In this document: positions 18,604-28,910 of the stretch, one piece after another | Layout of the letters: the number at the start of each line of letters is the position of its first letter | How positions within the stretch are numbered: position 1 is the stretch's first letter | Source of the DNA: Candidatus Dojkabacteria bacterium | Lineage (GTDB): Bacteria; Patescibacteriota; Dojkabacteria; SC72; JAHDCA01 | Direction of reading: 5' to 3' | Length of the DNA stretch: 64,000 nt | Assembly: GCA_030583845.1 (NCBI GenBank) | Contig: CP129478.1 | Location: 215,175-279,174 of the forward strand | Program-made: the position numbers and the translations under genes | The notes under the pieces: generated by a model | The model's input: only the letters and a program-made list of their open reading frames with translations | Told to the model about the DNA's origin: nothing | Database searches by the model: none

Positions 18604-21486
18604 TTAAGCACAAGAGTCACACGCTGCCCTCTCGATCGGGTCGATCGGGCATGCTTTGAACAGCTGCTGGAAATTCTGCTTCTTCTCAGCCACACTACTC
18701 TTCGTGGCAATCTCCTTTTCCATCTTCTCTTCGGCAACTTCACCCTCAGACAGGTGGAGCTGTACCTCAGCTTCTGCTTCAATCACCGCATCCTCTTCGT
18801 GAAACCGATTTTGAGAGCCAGTTCCACGCGATGCTGTCGAATCTTGCTCTTCAACCTCACTATCGTCGGCCTTCTCGACCTTCACCCGACCAAACCCTGG
18901 CTTCTTCTCTGTCGATGTGCCTGCAGGCTCGGACTTCTCAGATCTCTTAGATCCAAAGCCTTTCTTATCCGAATTAGCACTACCATCTGAGCCCTCAGCA
19001 CTGTCCTTTGCTGCTACCTCGCTACCCTTTTCCTCTGCCCTACCCGAGCTCGTACCAGTGCCAGTTTCACCATCATCAGATGAGCTAGACATGCCGAAGC
19101 CCTTCTTTCCAACCAAAGATTTAGCTTTGTTTACCTTTACCGAGCTCTGTTCTGCGGTGTGACGAGGCTTCATGTGCAGATAGTAGGTAGTCTTCAATCC
19201 ACGCCTCCATGCCTCGATATACACTTCGACATTCTCTTCTGGGTCGCGACTCTCAAGATACATGTTTCGGCTCATTGCCTGGTCGATCCATTTCTGCGAT
19301 CGAGAGGCTACCTCGAGGAATGCGAGCGGAGAGATCTGGAAACATGTTTTGTACACTTCTTTCAAGCTGTCTGGGATCGCATCAATTTCTGAAATCTCAC
19401 CCTGATTTTCAAGAAGCTCTTCCTTCACATCATCCCAGATTCCGAGCTCTTTCAGAGCATTTACAAGGTTGAGGTTGATATCCAAAAACTTACCATTCAT
19501 GGTGGTACGGCTGAAGATCAAGGCAAATCTTGGGTCGATGCCTGGTGAAGTACCAGCTGTCAAAGATGAGTTGCCGTTTGGTGCGATCATCATGGTTGTA
19601 GCGTTTCGCACACCATTCTTCACTCTCTCCCTCAGCTTATCCCAATCAAGTCTAGTCGTGCGATTCTGTCGTACTGTCACACCTCGGTCGTTCTCCAAGA
19701 TCTCAATGGTGTCAAAAGGCACATAGCCACGTGACCACATCGAGCCGTTGAAGTTAGGATATTTGCCACGCTCGTCGGCCAGATCGCAGCTATAAGCGAT
19801 ACTTTCGTAGCTCACAAACTCGGTCAAAATATCAACAACTTCATACGCCTCCTCGCTATCGTATGCATAGCCGAAGATTTCATAAAGCTCGGCTAGTCCC
19901 ATAATTCCCAAGCCAACCGCGCGGTTATTCAGGTCAGAGTGCTCCGCCTCTTTGACAGGGTGCATGCCGACATCGATCAGGTTGTCGAGGTGGCGCATAC
20001 CGATCTTTACAGTCTCTTTGAGCTTATCCCAATCTACTGATTCCATATTTTCCTCTACACTGCCACCGAATTTCGTCTTCGAGAAGTCAATATGCCGTGG
20101 TAGGTTGATATATGCCAAGTTACATACAGCGATATTATCCTTATCTTGTGGCAAGCATACCTCGGTGCACAGGTTGGAGTTGTGGATTGTGCCTGTGTTA
20201 TTGTTCAAAGCGCGGACGTTGATTGTATCTTTGAATGTAATCCAAGGGTGCGAAGTAGACATGAGCATGGTGACAATTGCCTGCATCTGCTCTTTGGCTG
20301 GCACCTTCTTAAATACCCGCAGCTCACCTGCTTCAGCCTTCTCTACATACTCTAGATACTTCTTAGAGAAGTCAGAGCCATACAATTCTGTTAATTCCAT
20401 CGTCTCTGCAGGATCAAACATATACCAATCCTCATTATTAATGACTCGCTTCATGAATTCATCAGAAATATACACGGCGGTGTCGGCGATTCGGGTTCTT
20501 CGGTACTCGTCACCTGCATTTTGTCGCAGGTCGAGGAAATCATAGAAGTCGATATGCCAGTTCTCCATGTAGATAGCGACTGCGCCCTTCTTCTTGCCTG
20601 CACGGGCGATAGCAGCCACTGTAGCGTCCATAATGTTGGCAAATGGGATTGGGCCAGATGAGAAGGTGTTGTTAGTCTTAATTGGTGATCCCTCGGCTCG
20701 CAGCTTGGTGATGCCGATACCGATACCGCCAGTACCCTTTGAGATCAGGCCGATATTGGTTATATTTTCGAAAATATGCTCAATAGTGTCATCCGTATTG
20801 AGCAAGAAGCAGTTTGCTAAAGTTGGCCATACAGTGCCCGCGCCGATCATTGTCGAGCCACCTGCGGTATACTCCTTGCGAGAAAGCCTATTGTAGAACT
20901 GCTTTGCATACTTGGTAGGCTCTTCCTCTGACAGCGACATCCCCATCGCTACCCGCATCCACATAAATTGTGGTGTCTCTCGCACAACTGTCGAGCTACG
21001 GTGCTTCACCATGTAGCGATTCATAGCTGTTGAGAGTCCTAGATATGTGAAATCCTCGTCACGGCTTGGGTATAGCTCAAGTGCAAGCTCGTACAGGTTG
21101 AAGCTTGACACCATCTTCTTGTCGAGCAATCCCTCTTCTACTCCCCACTCTATATATTTAACGAAACTCTCTCGATACGCCTTGTCGAAATCTTCACCCT
21201 GGTATTCTGTGACCGTAGTGAGATAGATTTTTGTTAAAAGGAGTCTTGTGCCAACCTTGTCGTAATCCGGGTCGTTTTGGATATTCTGAATAGCAACGAG
21301 GATAAGCGAGTCGATCAATGCCGCCTCGTCCATGCCTTCAAATACTGTGAGTTTTACCTCATCAAAGATGGTTTGAATGAACTCATCTTTCTTTTCGAGA
21401 TCCATACAGTGATACTCGATAAACTGCTGCAGCTTCTGATCATTGATTGGAAGCAGATTGTTGTACAGATCTACAGGATTTTTCAT
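18604..21486 (-). CDS. nrdA: Ribonucleotide reductase class I large subunit (R1) with a roughly 180-aa low-complexity insertion before the C-terminal Cys pair
   Basis: Active-site SNLCTEVCLPQ. The C-terminus is ...AACDSCA. Between them lies a Gly/Ser/Glu/Lys-rich tract (KKGFGMSSSSDDGETGTGTSSGRAEEKGSE...). Confidence 0.95.
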   Translation of the reverse strand: MKNPVDLYNNLLPINDQKLQQFIEYHCMDLEKKDEFIQTIFDEVKLTVFEGMDEAALIDSLILVAIQNIQNDPDYDKVGTRLLLTKIYLTTVTEYQGEDFDKAYRESFVKYIEWGVEEGLLDKKMVSSFNLYELALELYPSRDEDFTYLGLSTAMNRYMVKHRSSTVVRETPQFMWMRVAMGMSLSEEEPTKYAKQFYNRLSRKEYTAGGSTMIGAGTVWPTLANCFLLNTDDTIEHIFENITNIGLISKGTGGIGIGITKLRAEGSPIKTNNTFSSGPIPFANIMDATVAAIARAGKKKGAVAIYMENWHIDFYDFLDLRQNAGDEYRRTRIADTAVYISDEFMKRVINNEDWYMFDPAETMELTELYGSDFSKKYLEYVEKAEAGELRVFKKVPAKEQMQAIVTMLMSTSHPWITFKDTINVRALNNNTGTIHNSNLCTEVCLPQDKDNIAVCNLAYINLPRHIDFSKTKFGGSVEENMESVDWDKLKETVKIGMRHLDNLIDVGMHPVKEAEHSDLNNRAVGLGIMGLAELYEIFGYAYDSEEAYEVVDILTEFVSYESIAYSCDLADERGKYPNFNGSMWSRGYVPFDTIEILENDRGVTVRQNRTTRLDWDKLRERVKNGVRNATTMMIAPNGNSSLTAGTSPGIDPRFALIFSRTTMNGKFLDINLNLVNALKELGIWDDVKEELLENQGEISEIDAIPDSLKEVYKTCFQISPLAFLEVASRSQKWIDQAMSRNMYLESRDPEENVEVYIEAWRRGLKTTYYLHMKPRHTAEQSSVKVNKAKSLVGKKGFGMSSSSDDGETGTGTSSGRAEEKGSEVAAKDSAEGSDGSANSDKKGFGSKRSEKSEPAGTSTEKKPGFGRVKVEKADDSEVEEQDSTASRGTGSQNRFHEEDAVIEAEAEVQLHLSEGEVAEEKMEKEIATKSSVAEKKQNFQQLFKACPIDPIERAACDSCA

Positions 21487-21937
21487 TAATTTTTAATGAA
21501 ATAGATTAAATATATGCGGGCAGAATTCATGAAATTTTCACATTCATACTGATCCCTGGGGTTCAATATATCGAAATCAGGCCTGAGGCGTAACCCTGTT
21601 TTATAAAATTTCATAAAAGTGCTAAGAAAGACCTCTGCGGTAAGGAAGGCGTTAAAGACGAACAATCAACCCCCTCATTTCGTCGATCTTGCTGATCTCA
21701 CAGGCAATTTAAAATAGACATAGGTTGCTTTCTAGATTACCTTCAAGAAATTTTTAAATAGAGATACACCATCCATACTAGACGACTGTTTTAAGCGGCA
21801 TTGATAGCAGATATTGTTATCAGACAAATGACATACCACAACCACTTGTATTTTCTTGAATGATTCTTGAAATTAAAAAACATGCCACAAATATATGTGT
21901 TCATGATGAGGTATTACTCTTCCCTAGTGCGAGATAA

Positions 21938-23098
21938 TTACTGTTTAAGCTCTATCTTCGGTGCGAGGGCTCGTAATTGTTCTGTAAACATATCAAAGCC
22001 GTCTACAAGGGTGTGTTGCATCTCCGATTGTAGGATATCTGGATCGAGGTGTGCTCGGCTAGATAACATAAGCTCAGGAATCAACAGCGTAGCAGATTCT
22101 ATTATTGGGGGCGTAGCTTCAACTATATCCTTGTATGCGGTCCAAGGGAATTGACGCCCAGCAATCCTAAACGTTCCCCGAACAGGATCTATATCCATCA
22201 CAAAATCATCCGAGTAGGTGCCTCCAAAAAAGTATCTACCTTCCGAAGTCTTGCAAGCAGTAAACCTTCCTGGTCTGCCATACTCCCTGTACTGAGGAAT
22301 GTCCACAGCTGGTACTATAAGATCATATGAGCCATGGTAACCTAACTGAGGACCCTTATGGAGCATATTGTAATTGTTTCTGAAATAGTCATGCCTATCT
22401 GGAACGACATTATCACCAAAAGGTGCTGCAAATGGAAATCTCATAAGTGAAGTCAAAACCCGAATACCTTTAAATTTCAGCCCACCACCAGTTGAACTGC
22501 TCCATACGGACATAACACCTACTTTCATATCGGAGTCCGGTCTGATCAGACAATGCATACTGGCAGCAGAAAATACCTCTCCATCTACAAGGTTAACTTC
22601 AAAAACATGTTCCCCTCCATTATCCCCTTCAGAGGAATAACCCTGTAATTTGCTCATTCCTCCTGCTTCGCGCATAACAATTCTGGATTGACCATCGGTC
22701 GGATCAATTCTAATACCATAAAACCCCGTGTGATAAAGCGATGGATGTTTGGGAATCCTTTGCCAAATCACCCCAAGATTGTTTTCATTACGCGGATAAG
22801 TGTCATACTCATGAGAATCTAACTCTGGCACGATCAACACACCACCACTTGCTGTTGACTCTGCAGCATATAAAGCCAAAACTGCATTATAAGTCTCATT
22901 GAACCCTTGAGAATATATGTACTTCATCGATAGATCACCCTCAAACTGCTCTAGCTGAGGGAACTGCAACAAAGCATCTCTAAAAAAACGAGTTTGTTCA
23001 TTGCTGGGTACCTCACATGTCTTGACCATAGGATTAGCAAAATAGCTATATAGGGAGATTATATCACTGTACCACCCTATAGTATAGTGATGTGTCAT
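21938..23098 (-). CDS. Hypothetical protein (386 aa), no recognisable motif
   Basis: A long ORF in a coding-dense context. It lies upstream of htrA on the same strand. Confidence 0.4.
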   Translation of the reverse strand: MTHHYTIGWYSDIISLYSYFANPMVKTCEVPSNEQTRFFRDALLQFPQLEQFEGDLSMKYIYSQGFNETYNAVLALYAAESTASGGVLIVPELDSHEYDTYPRNENNLGVIWQRIPKHPSLYHTGFYGIRIDPTDGQSRIVMREAGGMSKLQGYSSEGDNGGEHVFEVNLVDGEVFSAASMHCLIRPDSDMKVGVMSVWSSSTGGGLKFKGIRVLTSLMRFPFAAPFGDNVVPDRHDYFRNNYNMLHKGPQLGYHGSYDLIVPAVDIPQYREYGRPGRFTACKTSEGRYFFGGTYSDDFVMDIDPVRGTFRIAGRQFPWTAYKDIVEATPPIIESATLLIPELMLSSRAHLDPDILQSEMQHTLVDGFDMFTEQLRALAPKIELKQ

Positions 23099-23253
23099 AG
23101 GCCTGCTTAACTAAATAGCAATTGACTGGTTCTTGTGACAAATAGATTCAATCCCTAAACAGAAGGATTTTCGCAAATATCAATCGGTGCGTGAAACCAA
23201 CTCCGCCTTCCCCAAGTCGCACTTTGCAAGTGCGACTTGGGCTTGGATCTCCT

Positions 23254-24537
23254 CTAAGCCTCGCCCAAAGTCACCTCTACCTCGACCTCTTCCCTGTCCC
23301 GTACGATCGTCAAAACGATCTTATCACCAGGCTTATAACTCTGAAGAATCGATACAAATGAACCGTCAATCTCAACACCGTCAATCTTCGTAATTAGATC
23401 TCGCCTCAACACCCCTGCATCGGCTGCTGGACTACCCTCGGCGACATCAACAACTAGCACCAGAGGATTATAGTTACGGTCATATACAACCTCATACTGG
23501 ATTCCAAGGTACCCTTTTACAAATTTCCCATACTTCCTATACTCGTCGATTCTCTGCTTCACCCTATTTATCGGCAGAGCAAAAGAGATATTGTCAGCAC
23601 CGGAAGTAGTTGCGAAGTTAACACCTACCACCTCACCCTGTGTATTGAGCAGTGGACCTCCCGAATTACCAGGATTCACCGATGCATCAGTTTGGATTAC
23701 ATCCTCATAAGTCTTCACTGTGCCAAAGAAGCTTTGACTACCGGTCTCAACTGATCTGTTTAGTCCGCTTACAACACCTTTTGTCACACTGCCTGCATAT
23801 TCACCAAGCGGCGTACCAATCGCAACTACCGTCTGTCCAACGACCAAGCTATCCGAATTACCCAGATCCATAGCATTTAAGTCCGTTGCATTAACTTCTA
23901 GCAGAGCTATGTCGTTTGCATCGTCGGTAGCAATATTCTCGACATCGTACTCCTGTCCATCGCTGGTGATTACCTTATATTCGACTGTACTGTCTGCAAC
24001 CACATGCTGGTTTGTGATAATCAAGCCACTTGGATCAACTATAAAGCCTGACCCGATATTGCTGCTGTCATCAACTACACCCTCTTCTGCATCAAAGCTC
24101 ACTCTTGAGACAGCGATTGTCACCACTGATGGCATGCTTTCTTCAACTACATTTACCACCAGCTCCTCTTCGCTTGTCCCTGGAATAAATTCGCTCACCT
24201 CTTCTTCGATTTCAACTGGTGCATCTCTACTTGTTAATTCAATGCCGAGCCGCTCCAAGTTATCACCAAATCGAGGGTATAGTCGTGGATAGTAGTAAAA
24301 GCCAAGTGCGGAGCCCACGGCGAATATACAGAGCAAGAAGAAGATCACGAATATACAGCCCATAAACATTCGTGCCAGACGATTTCCTCGCCTCGGCTTG
24401 CTCTTCGCAGCAACAGTTGCCGGAACCTCCTCTGTCATCAATGCCTCGACCCCCTTTTCAATCTCTTTCTCTGACATCTTCTCAATCTTTGGCACTTCAT
24501 TGCTCTTCTTCTCTTCCATTTTTGGACACTCTAACAA
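23254..24537 (-). CDS. htrA: HtrA/DegP-family serine protease with an N-terminal TM anchor and a C-terminal PDZ domain
   Basis: Catalytic triad context: TNQHVV, NDIALLEV, GNSGGPLLN. A PDZ-like segment follows. Confidence 0.8.
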   Translation of the reverse strand: MLECPKMEEKKSNEVPKIEKMSEKEIEKGVEALMTEEVPATVAAKSKPRRGNRLARMFMGCIFVIFFLLCIFAVGSALGFYYYPRLYPRFGDNLERLGIELTSRDAPVEIEEEVSEFIPGTSEEELVVNVVEESMPSVVTIAVSRVSFDAEEGVVDDSSNIGSGFIVDPSGLIITNQHVVADSTVEYKVITSDGQEYDVENIATDDANDIALLEVNATDLNAMDLGNSDSLVVGQTVVAIGTPLGEYAGSVTKGVVSGLNRSVETGSQSFFGTVKTYEDVIQTDASVNPGNSGGPLLNTQGEVVGVNFATTSGADNISFALPINRVKQRIDEYRKYGKFVKGYLGIQYEVVYDRNYNPLVLVVDVAEGSPAADAGVLRRDLITKIDGVEIDGSFVSILQSYKPGDKIVLTIVRDREEVEVEVTLGEA

Positions 24538-24548
24538 TTAATTTATTC

Positions 24549-25898
24549 TTACCTAAGCTCCTCAAGAGCTTTCTCTAGCTGTGGATCCTCACCTGCTTTA
24601 AATTGCTCATCGGAGATCTCTACAACAATATCTGGCTCAATTGGATTGTCGGTATTGAGCCAAGTGCCGTCAGGAAGCAACCACTTAAGCACAGTAATAT
24701 GCAGGCTTGATCCGTCTGGATAATCAATAATCGACTGGGCTGTCCCTTTTCCATATGTATTTACACCGATGACTGTGGCTCGTCCCGACTGCTGCAATGC
24801 ACCCGACAATATCTCAGATGCTGATGCGCTACCCTCATTTACAAGCACAACCATAGGGATATCGGTAAATCTACCCTCACGGTCGGCGACATACTCATCT
24901 CGTTGGCCAGCTCTATCTTCCTGCATTGCGATCACCTTCCCCTTCCCTACAAACTCTTCGGCGGCGTAAACAGCAGCATCGAAGAAGCCACCTGGATTGC
25001 CGCGCAGGTCCAAGATAATGCCTTTAGGATTCTTCTCTTCAATCTCGCTTATCGTCTGATCCCATATTTTCACCCAATCTGCCAACGATGCCTCTGTAAA
25101 CCTCGATAGGTCTATGACATAGATTCCAGATTCCTCTGATTCTTCGTAGCTCATGCTTGGCACAGTGATATCGCCACGGGTAATAGTCATCTCGCGATTC
25201 TTCCCTTCGCTCGCTCGATAGATCTCAATCTTCACATCTGTTCCTGCTTCACCTCGGATCTTCAATACAACATCATATATAGTGTCATTGCTCTTGATCT
25301 CTGTATCATCGACAGCGAGAAGTATATCTCCTGCCTTCAATCCGGCAGCCTCTGCTGGCGAGCCATCCAGAGGCGAGATTACAACAATTCTATTATCTCT
25401 ATATCCTAATTCTGCACCTATGCCCGAGAAATAGTTACCCGCTGAGCCTTTGGTGAATGCCTCTGTCTCTTCTGGGTCTAGGAAAATCGTCGCAGGATCC
25501 CCATATGAGTTCACCATTCCTTTGATAGAGCCGTAGAACATCTCTTTCTCGTCTACAGACATCTCATCGACATAGTCATACTTCATAGTGTTCCAGATTT
25601 TCCAGTACATGTCGAAATCCAGGGCGTTTTTGCCTGAGGTTGTCAGATTGCCCCCATCATCGTTGGTATCGCCAGTGAAATCAAAAAGCTTGCTGCCGCT
25701 GGTTGAGCTCTTGATGGACTCAGAGCTCCAGACACGCCCCGTCATCAAGCCGACAGCAAAAACCGAGACAACAAGGATTGCGATACCAACCCCGAGCCTC
25801 ACTTTATCTAATCCGTCGCTGCTTGCAGAAGAGACTTTAATCTTTTTTGGTGATTGTTCTGATTTAGTTGGATGATGTGATTGCTTCTCGGAGCTCAT
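24549..25898 (-). CDS. ctpA: Carboxy-terminal processing peptidase (S41 family) with a PDZ domain
   Basis: GIILDLRGNPGGF S41 motif and a TM anchor. Confidence 0.8.
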   Translation of the reverse strand: MSSEKQSHHPTKSEQSPKKIKVSSASSDGLDKVRLGVGIAILVVSVFAVGLMTGRVWSSESIKSSTSGSKLFDFTGDTNDDGGNLTTSGKNALDFDMYWKIWNTMKYDYVDEMSVDEKEMFYGSIKGMVNSYGDPATIFLDPEETEAFTKGSAGNYFSGIGAELGYRDNRIVVISPLDGSPAEAAGLKAGDILLAVDDTEIKSNDTIYDVVLKIRGEAGTDVKIEIYRASEGKNREMTITRGDITVPSMSYEESEESGIYVIDLSRFTEASLADWVKIWDQTISEIEEKNPKGIILDLRGNPGGFFDAAVYAAEEFVGKGKVIAMQEDRAGQRDEYVADREGRFTDIPMVVLVNEGSASASEILSGALQQSGRATVIGVNTYGKGTAQSIIDYPDGSSLHITVLKWLLPDGTWLNTDNPIEPDIVVEISDEQFKAGEDPQLEKALEELR

Positions 25899-26004
25899 TA
25901 CATATACATATAAAAATTATTCCACGCTTCCTGTTTGGGAAATTACACAGTTAACGTCAAGATTATCAGTTGCTATATTAACAGAAATTTAACATCCATT
26001 AAAA

Positions 26005-27045
26005 CTACCTGGTGCTGACTAGCCGATCCTTATTTACCAAGACAGAAGTGCCACTGCTCCCATCCGGCATAAGTGCGACATATTTCTCATCATCACCCTC
26101 ATAATCCAGCACCTTACCTGCCAGCGCATAGCTGTCGATATCGTGTGATGAGACGCGTGCTCCTTCAATCAGCCGCGGGTAGAAATTAGCCTTAACATCC
26201 TTCGGCCTGACGGCAGAGTCAAAAATATAGAGTGCGCGACCCTTCAGATCCACCCGCACCCATTCCCCTACATTCTTCTCAATCATTTCAAAATACTCTT
26301 CGTCGGACTTAATATGCCCGTACCCTCTTAGCACAACCACTGGAATTCCCAGCTCGATTATTGCCTCAATATCGGCAGAGTAAGCGATTATCGCCTCGCA
26401 ACCCTTCTTGTACAGCTCGGTTATAAGCTTCCTATGATAGTGCTGACCCACAAACACAATCTTTCCCTCATAATCCTCTTCCAGATTGGCCGGCGATGGC
26501 ACCTCATGGTCGGTAACAATCGAGTGAAGCACACCTGTGACCTGTGAAAAGTTCTCAATATCGTGGAATCCTTCAATATCAAAGATAGGCACCTTCACTG
26601 CCTCGCTCTTGATATAGATTCCGGAATTTAGCACCACCTCTTCAACCTCACCGTTGACAGGGCTATCGAACAGGATCCGATTTGCCTCAGAGAGAATATC
26701 GATATATCCCATATCCAGCCTTCGGAGACTTACAATCCCATCCGATCCTGCGATCAGTCTCTTGGTCACCAACCCACCAGATGTGAGCTTCTCAGCCAGC
26801 AGCTCACCCTCCATTACATACTCGCCCCCTACCCTGCCTACATACTCTGCCGACTTCTGCACCTGCACGCCCAACGCCTTCGGTATATAATGCGACTCGA
26901 CTATCTTCTTTCGCTCCACTGAATAAAGCTTGTCACCTTTCTTTAATTTGTCGCCGCTTTTGACATACAGCTCGGCACTCCCCTCTACTTCGATAAAGAG
27001 AGTGGCCTGCTCTACGATTTTGAATTTGCTGATTGCTCTATTCAC
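26005..27045 (-). CDS. Hypothetical protein (346 aa)
   Basis: An ORF overlapping the upstream gene by 8 bp, so probably an operon. I recognise no motif. Confidence 0.4.
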   Translation of the reverse strand: MNRAISKFKIVEQATLFIEVEGSAELYVKSGDKLKKGDKLYSVERKKIVESHYIPKALGVQVQKSAEYVGRVGGEYVMEGELLAEKLTSGGLVTKRLIAGSDGIVSLRRLDMGYIDILSEANRILFDSPVNGEVEEVVLNSGIYIKSEAVKVPIFDIEGFHDIENFSQVTGVLHSIVTDHEVPSPANLEEDYEGKIVFVGQHYHRKLITELYKKGCEAIIAYSADIEAIIELGIPVVVLRGYGHIKSDEEYFEMIEKNVGEWVRVDLKGRALYIFDSAVRPKDVKANFYPRLIEGARVSSHDIDSYALAGKVLDYEGDDEKYVALMPDGSSGTSVLVNKDRLVSTR

Positions 27046-28441
27046 CGATCCAGCTGCTAATCTTATTCTTGTTCACACGGTAATCAGGTCCGTAAACCAC
27101 AGGCTTATATCTCGCGTCTACAACTATTCTATCAATCTGCAACTTCTCTTTCGCCGAATGCCACATAAATCCCTCACCTTTCCTACTACTTTTCTTCTCA
27201 CCTCCACTCATGCCTAGGAGGCTGCCACCCTCGATGTAAGCTCCCTTTACGAAGTCTCCGTCTATCACATACTCTTCCTTGGGCAGGTCTATATTCGCAA
27301 TTGAAGAAGCCAGAGCATATACAGTCTTTTCTCCAGTCCCCTTAGTAGTAATATTTGCCATAAATACAGTTTTCTTCTCTTCCGGCCTGCCTGGTATATC
27401 CGGCGCGAACAATCGCTCCATCCTCTCTGTAATCTGGCCAAGCGTGACAATGTAATATTTAGCATTCACGCCCTCAATAAACTCATCCGCAAGGGTAAAA
27501 ACCTCATAATTACTACTAAACATTACATCAAAGCTGCCGCGAAGCTGAAGACCATCAAGAATTGCAAGGTATGTCTGATCTGATTTCAGCATCGAAGGAA
27601 TTCCACCAGTAATAATGAGCAGCGTAGGCTTCTGACCTTGTCCCATCCCATCAAACAGCTTGGCGCTGTTAAACATCGATAGTAGCTGCACGGTAGCATA
27701 TGAACGGAGAATATCGAGCAGATTCCTGTTAGAAGTAGATGCATATCGATCACACACTAGGTTTGCCCACTGGTTGTAGACTACACTTCCCTCCGGATCT
27801 ACAGTCGCAAAGGCCTTCAGGCGAGCATCCTTCAGCTTCTCGATCAACGCCCGATTTGAATCCCAGCTAATCTTTGAATGCGCAGAATCCCATGGTTTAT
27901 CGTGAATATCAGCCAGATTTGCGGATCGCGTCTTCTCGTTTACCTTGCTTCGGAAAATCTCAAACTTATGCAGGTTTAGGTCGATTAGCAGTGCATCACG
28001 ATACCCCAACCTTATCGCCAGCTTTGAGAGCAAATCTCGCCCCTTCTTGTTATCCAATACTTCGACGATAACTTCCGGGAAATAGCCGTGAATAGCATTA
28101 ATGCTCTTACTTCTCTCCTCCAGGTTGCCATCGAATACAAATCTAATTGCGGAGACGCCCTCTCCCTCATCTTCAAACTCTCTCACCTTCCCCATCGAGA
28201 ATTTCGAGAAGCTATTCTCAAGAAACTCCCATTCAAATTTGTCACCCAATTTCTGCAGATACTCGAGCCAGAAGTCGTACTCACCAACTGGATCGTTCTC
28301 CCAATCAATCACCGTGAAATCATTAAATGTATATGACCTATCTATTTCGTAGTGCGAATAGGCAAAAGTGGCGTGCAACCCATATCGGTTGGCGTAGATC
28401 GAGAGAAACGCGTTTTTTTCGAGCAGGGAGAGTCTTCCCAC
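27038..28441 (-). CDS. Hypothetical protein (467 aa), possibly an actin-fold ATPase
   Basis: LLIITGGIPSMLKS resembles the FtsA/actin phosphate-2 motif (VLTGGGA). The call is weak. Confidence 0.35.
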   Translation of the reverse strand: MGRLSLLEKNAFLSIYANRYGLHATFAYSHYEIDRSYTFNDFTVIDWENDPVGEYDFWLEYLQKLGDKFEWEFLENSFSKFSMGKVREFEDEGEGVSAIRFVFDGNLEERSKSINAIHGYFPEVIVEVLDNKKGRDLLSKLAIRLGYRDALLIDLNLHKFEIFRSKVNEKTRSANLADIHDKPWDSAHSKISWDSNRALIEKLKDARLKAFATVDPEGSVVYNQWANLVCDRYASTSNRNLLDILRSYATVQLLSMFNSAKLFDGMGQGQKPTLLIITGGIPSMLKSDQTYLAILDGLQLRGSFDVMFSSNYEVFTLADEFIEGVNAKYYIVTLGQITERMERLFAPDIPGRPEEKKTVFMANITTKGTGEKTVYALASSIANIDLPKEEYVIDGDFVKGAYIEGGSLLGMSGGEKKSSRKGEGFMWHSAKEKLQIDRIVVDARYKPVVYGPDYRVNKNKISSWIGE

Positions 28442-28489
28442 GGCAGTCGCTCATGATGTTAATACGTACTAAGGATATCACATTAATAG

Positions 28490-28540
28490 ACCATGCCGCT
28501 AACTTATAGTGCGTCCCGCACTATAAGTTAGCGGCATGGT
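28490..28540. repeat. 51-bp perfect palindrome of the GCCGCTAACYTATAG family
   Basis: accatgccgctaacttatag - tgcgtcccgca - ctataagttagcggcatggt. Confidence 0.85.
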
Positions 28541-28559
28541 TCTGAGTAAACGAAAACGG

Positions 28560-28883
28560 TTAGGCCTCTACTGCGACATATGGCAAAAGTGCCATGTATC
28601 GAGCTCTCTTAATAGCCTGTGCTAACTCTTTCTGATGCTTGTGACATACACCTGACTTCTCAGTGGAGATGATCTTGCCACGAACCGAGGTGAATTTCTT
28701 CAACTGGTAAACATCCTTGTAAGACACATGTCCTACACCACCTTCACAGAGTGGGCACTTCAAATTGAGGTTTACCCTCTTGCGCCTTCTGTGAGACCCA
28801 CGGTCATCACCAGCTCGCTCGTCCGAGCTCTTATCTTCAAAGTTGCCACCTTCTGTGCTTGTTTTAATTTCTTCAACAGCCAT
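28560..28883 (-). CDS. rpsR: 30S ribosomal protein S18
   Basis: CPLCEGG...YKDVYQLKKFTSVRGKIISTEKSGVCHKHQKELAQAIKRARYMALLPY. Confidence 0.9.
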   Translation of the reverse strand: MAVEEIKTSTEGGNFEDKSSDERAGDDRGSHRRRKRVNLNLKCPLCEGGVGHVSYKDVYQLKKFTSVRGKIISTEKSGVCHKHQKELAQAIKRARYMALLPYVAVEA

Positions 28884-28910
28884 ATCAAATAGAACTAAAT
28901 AAATTAACGA

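Noticed and set aside
18604-21486. Intein or self-splicing element in nrdA or dnaB, which are frequent intein hosts.
   Set aside because: Both proteins have contiguous conserved motifs. The only insertion is the C-terminal low-complexity linker of NrdA, which has no intein or HNH motifs.
21938-23098. The 386-aa hypothetical as a choloylglycine/Ntn-hydrolase or mobile-element protein.
   Set aside because: No N-terminal nucleophile context and no transposase, integrase or RT motif could be identified by eye.
27038-28441. Calling the 467-aa protein FtsA.
   Set aside because: Only one short actin-fold-like motif (IITGGIPSML) is visible. The N-terminal 150 aa do not match, so it is kept as hypothetical.
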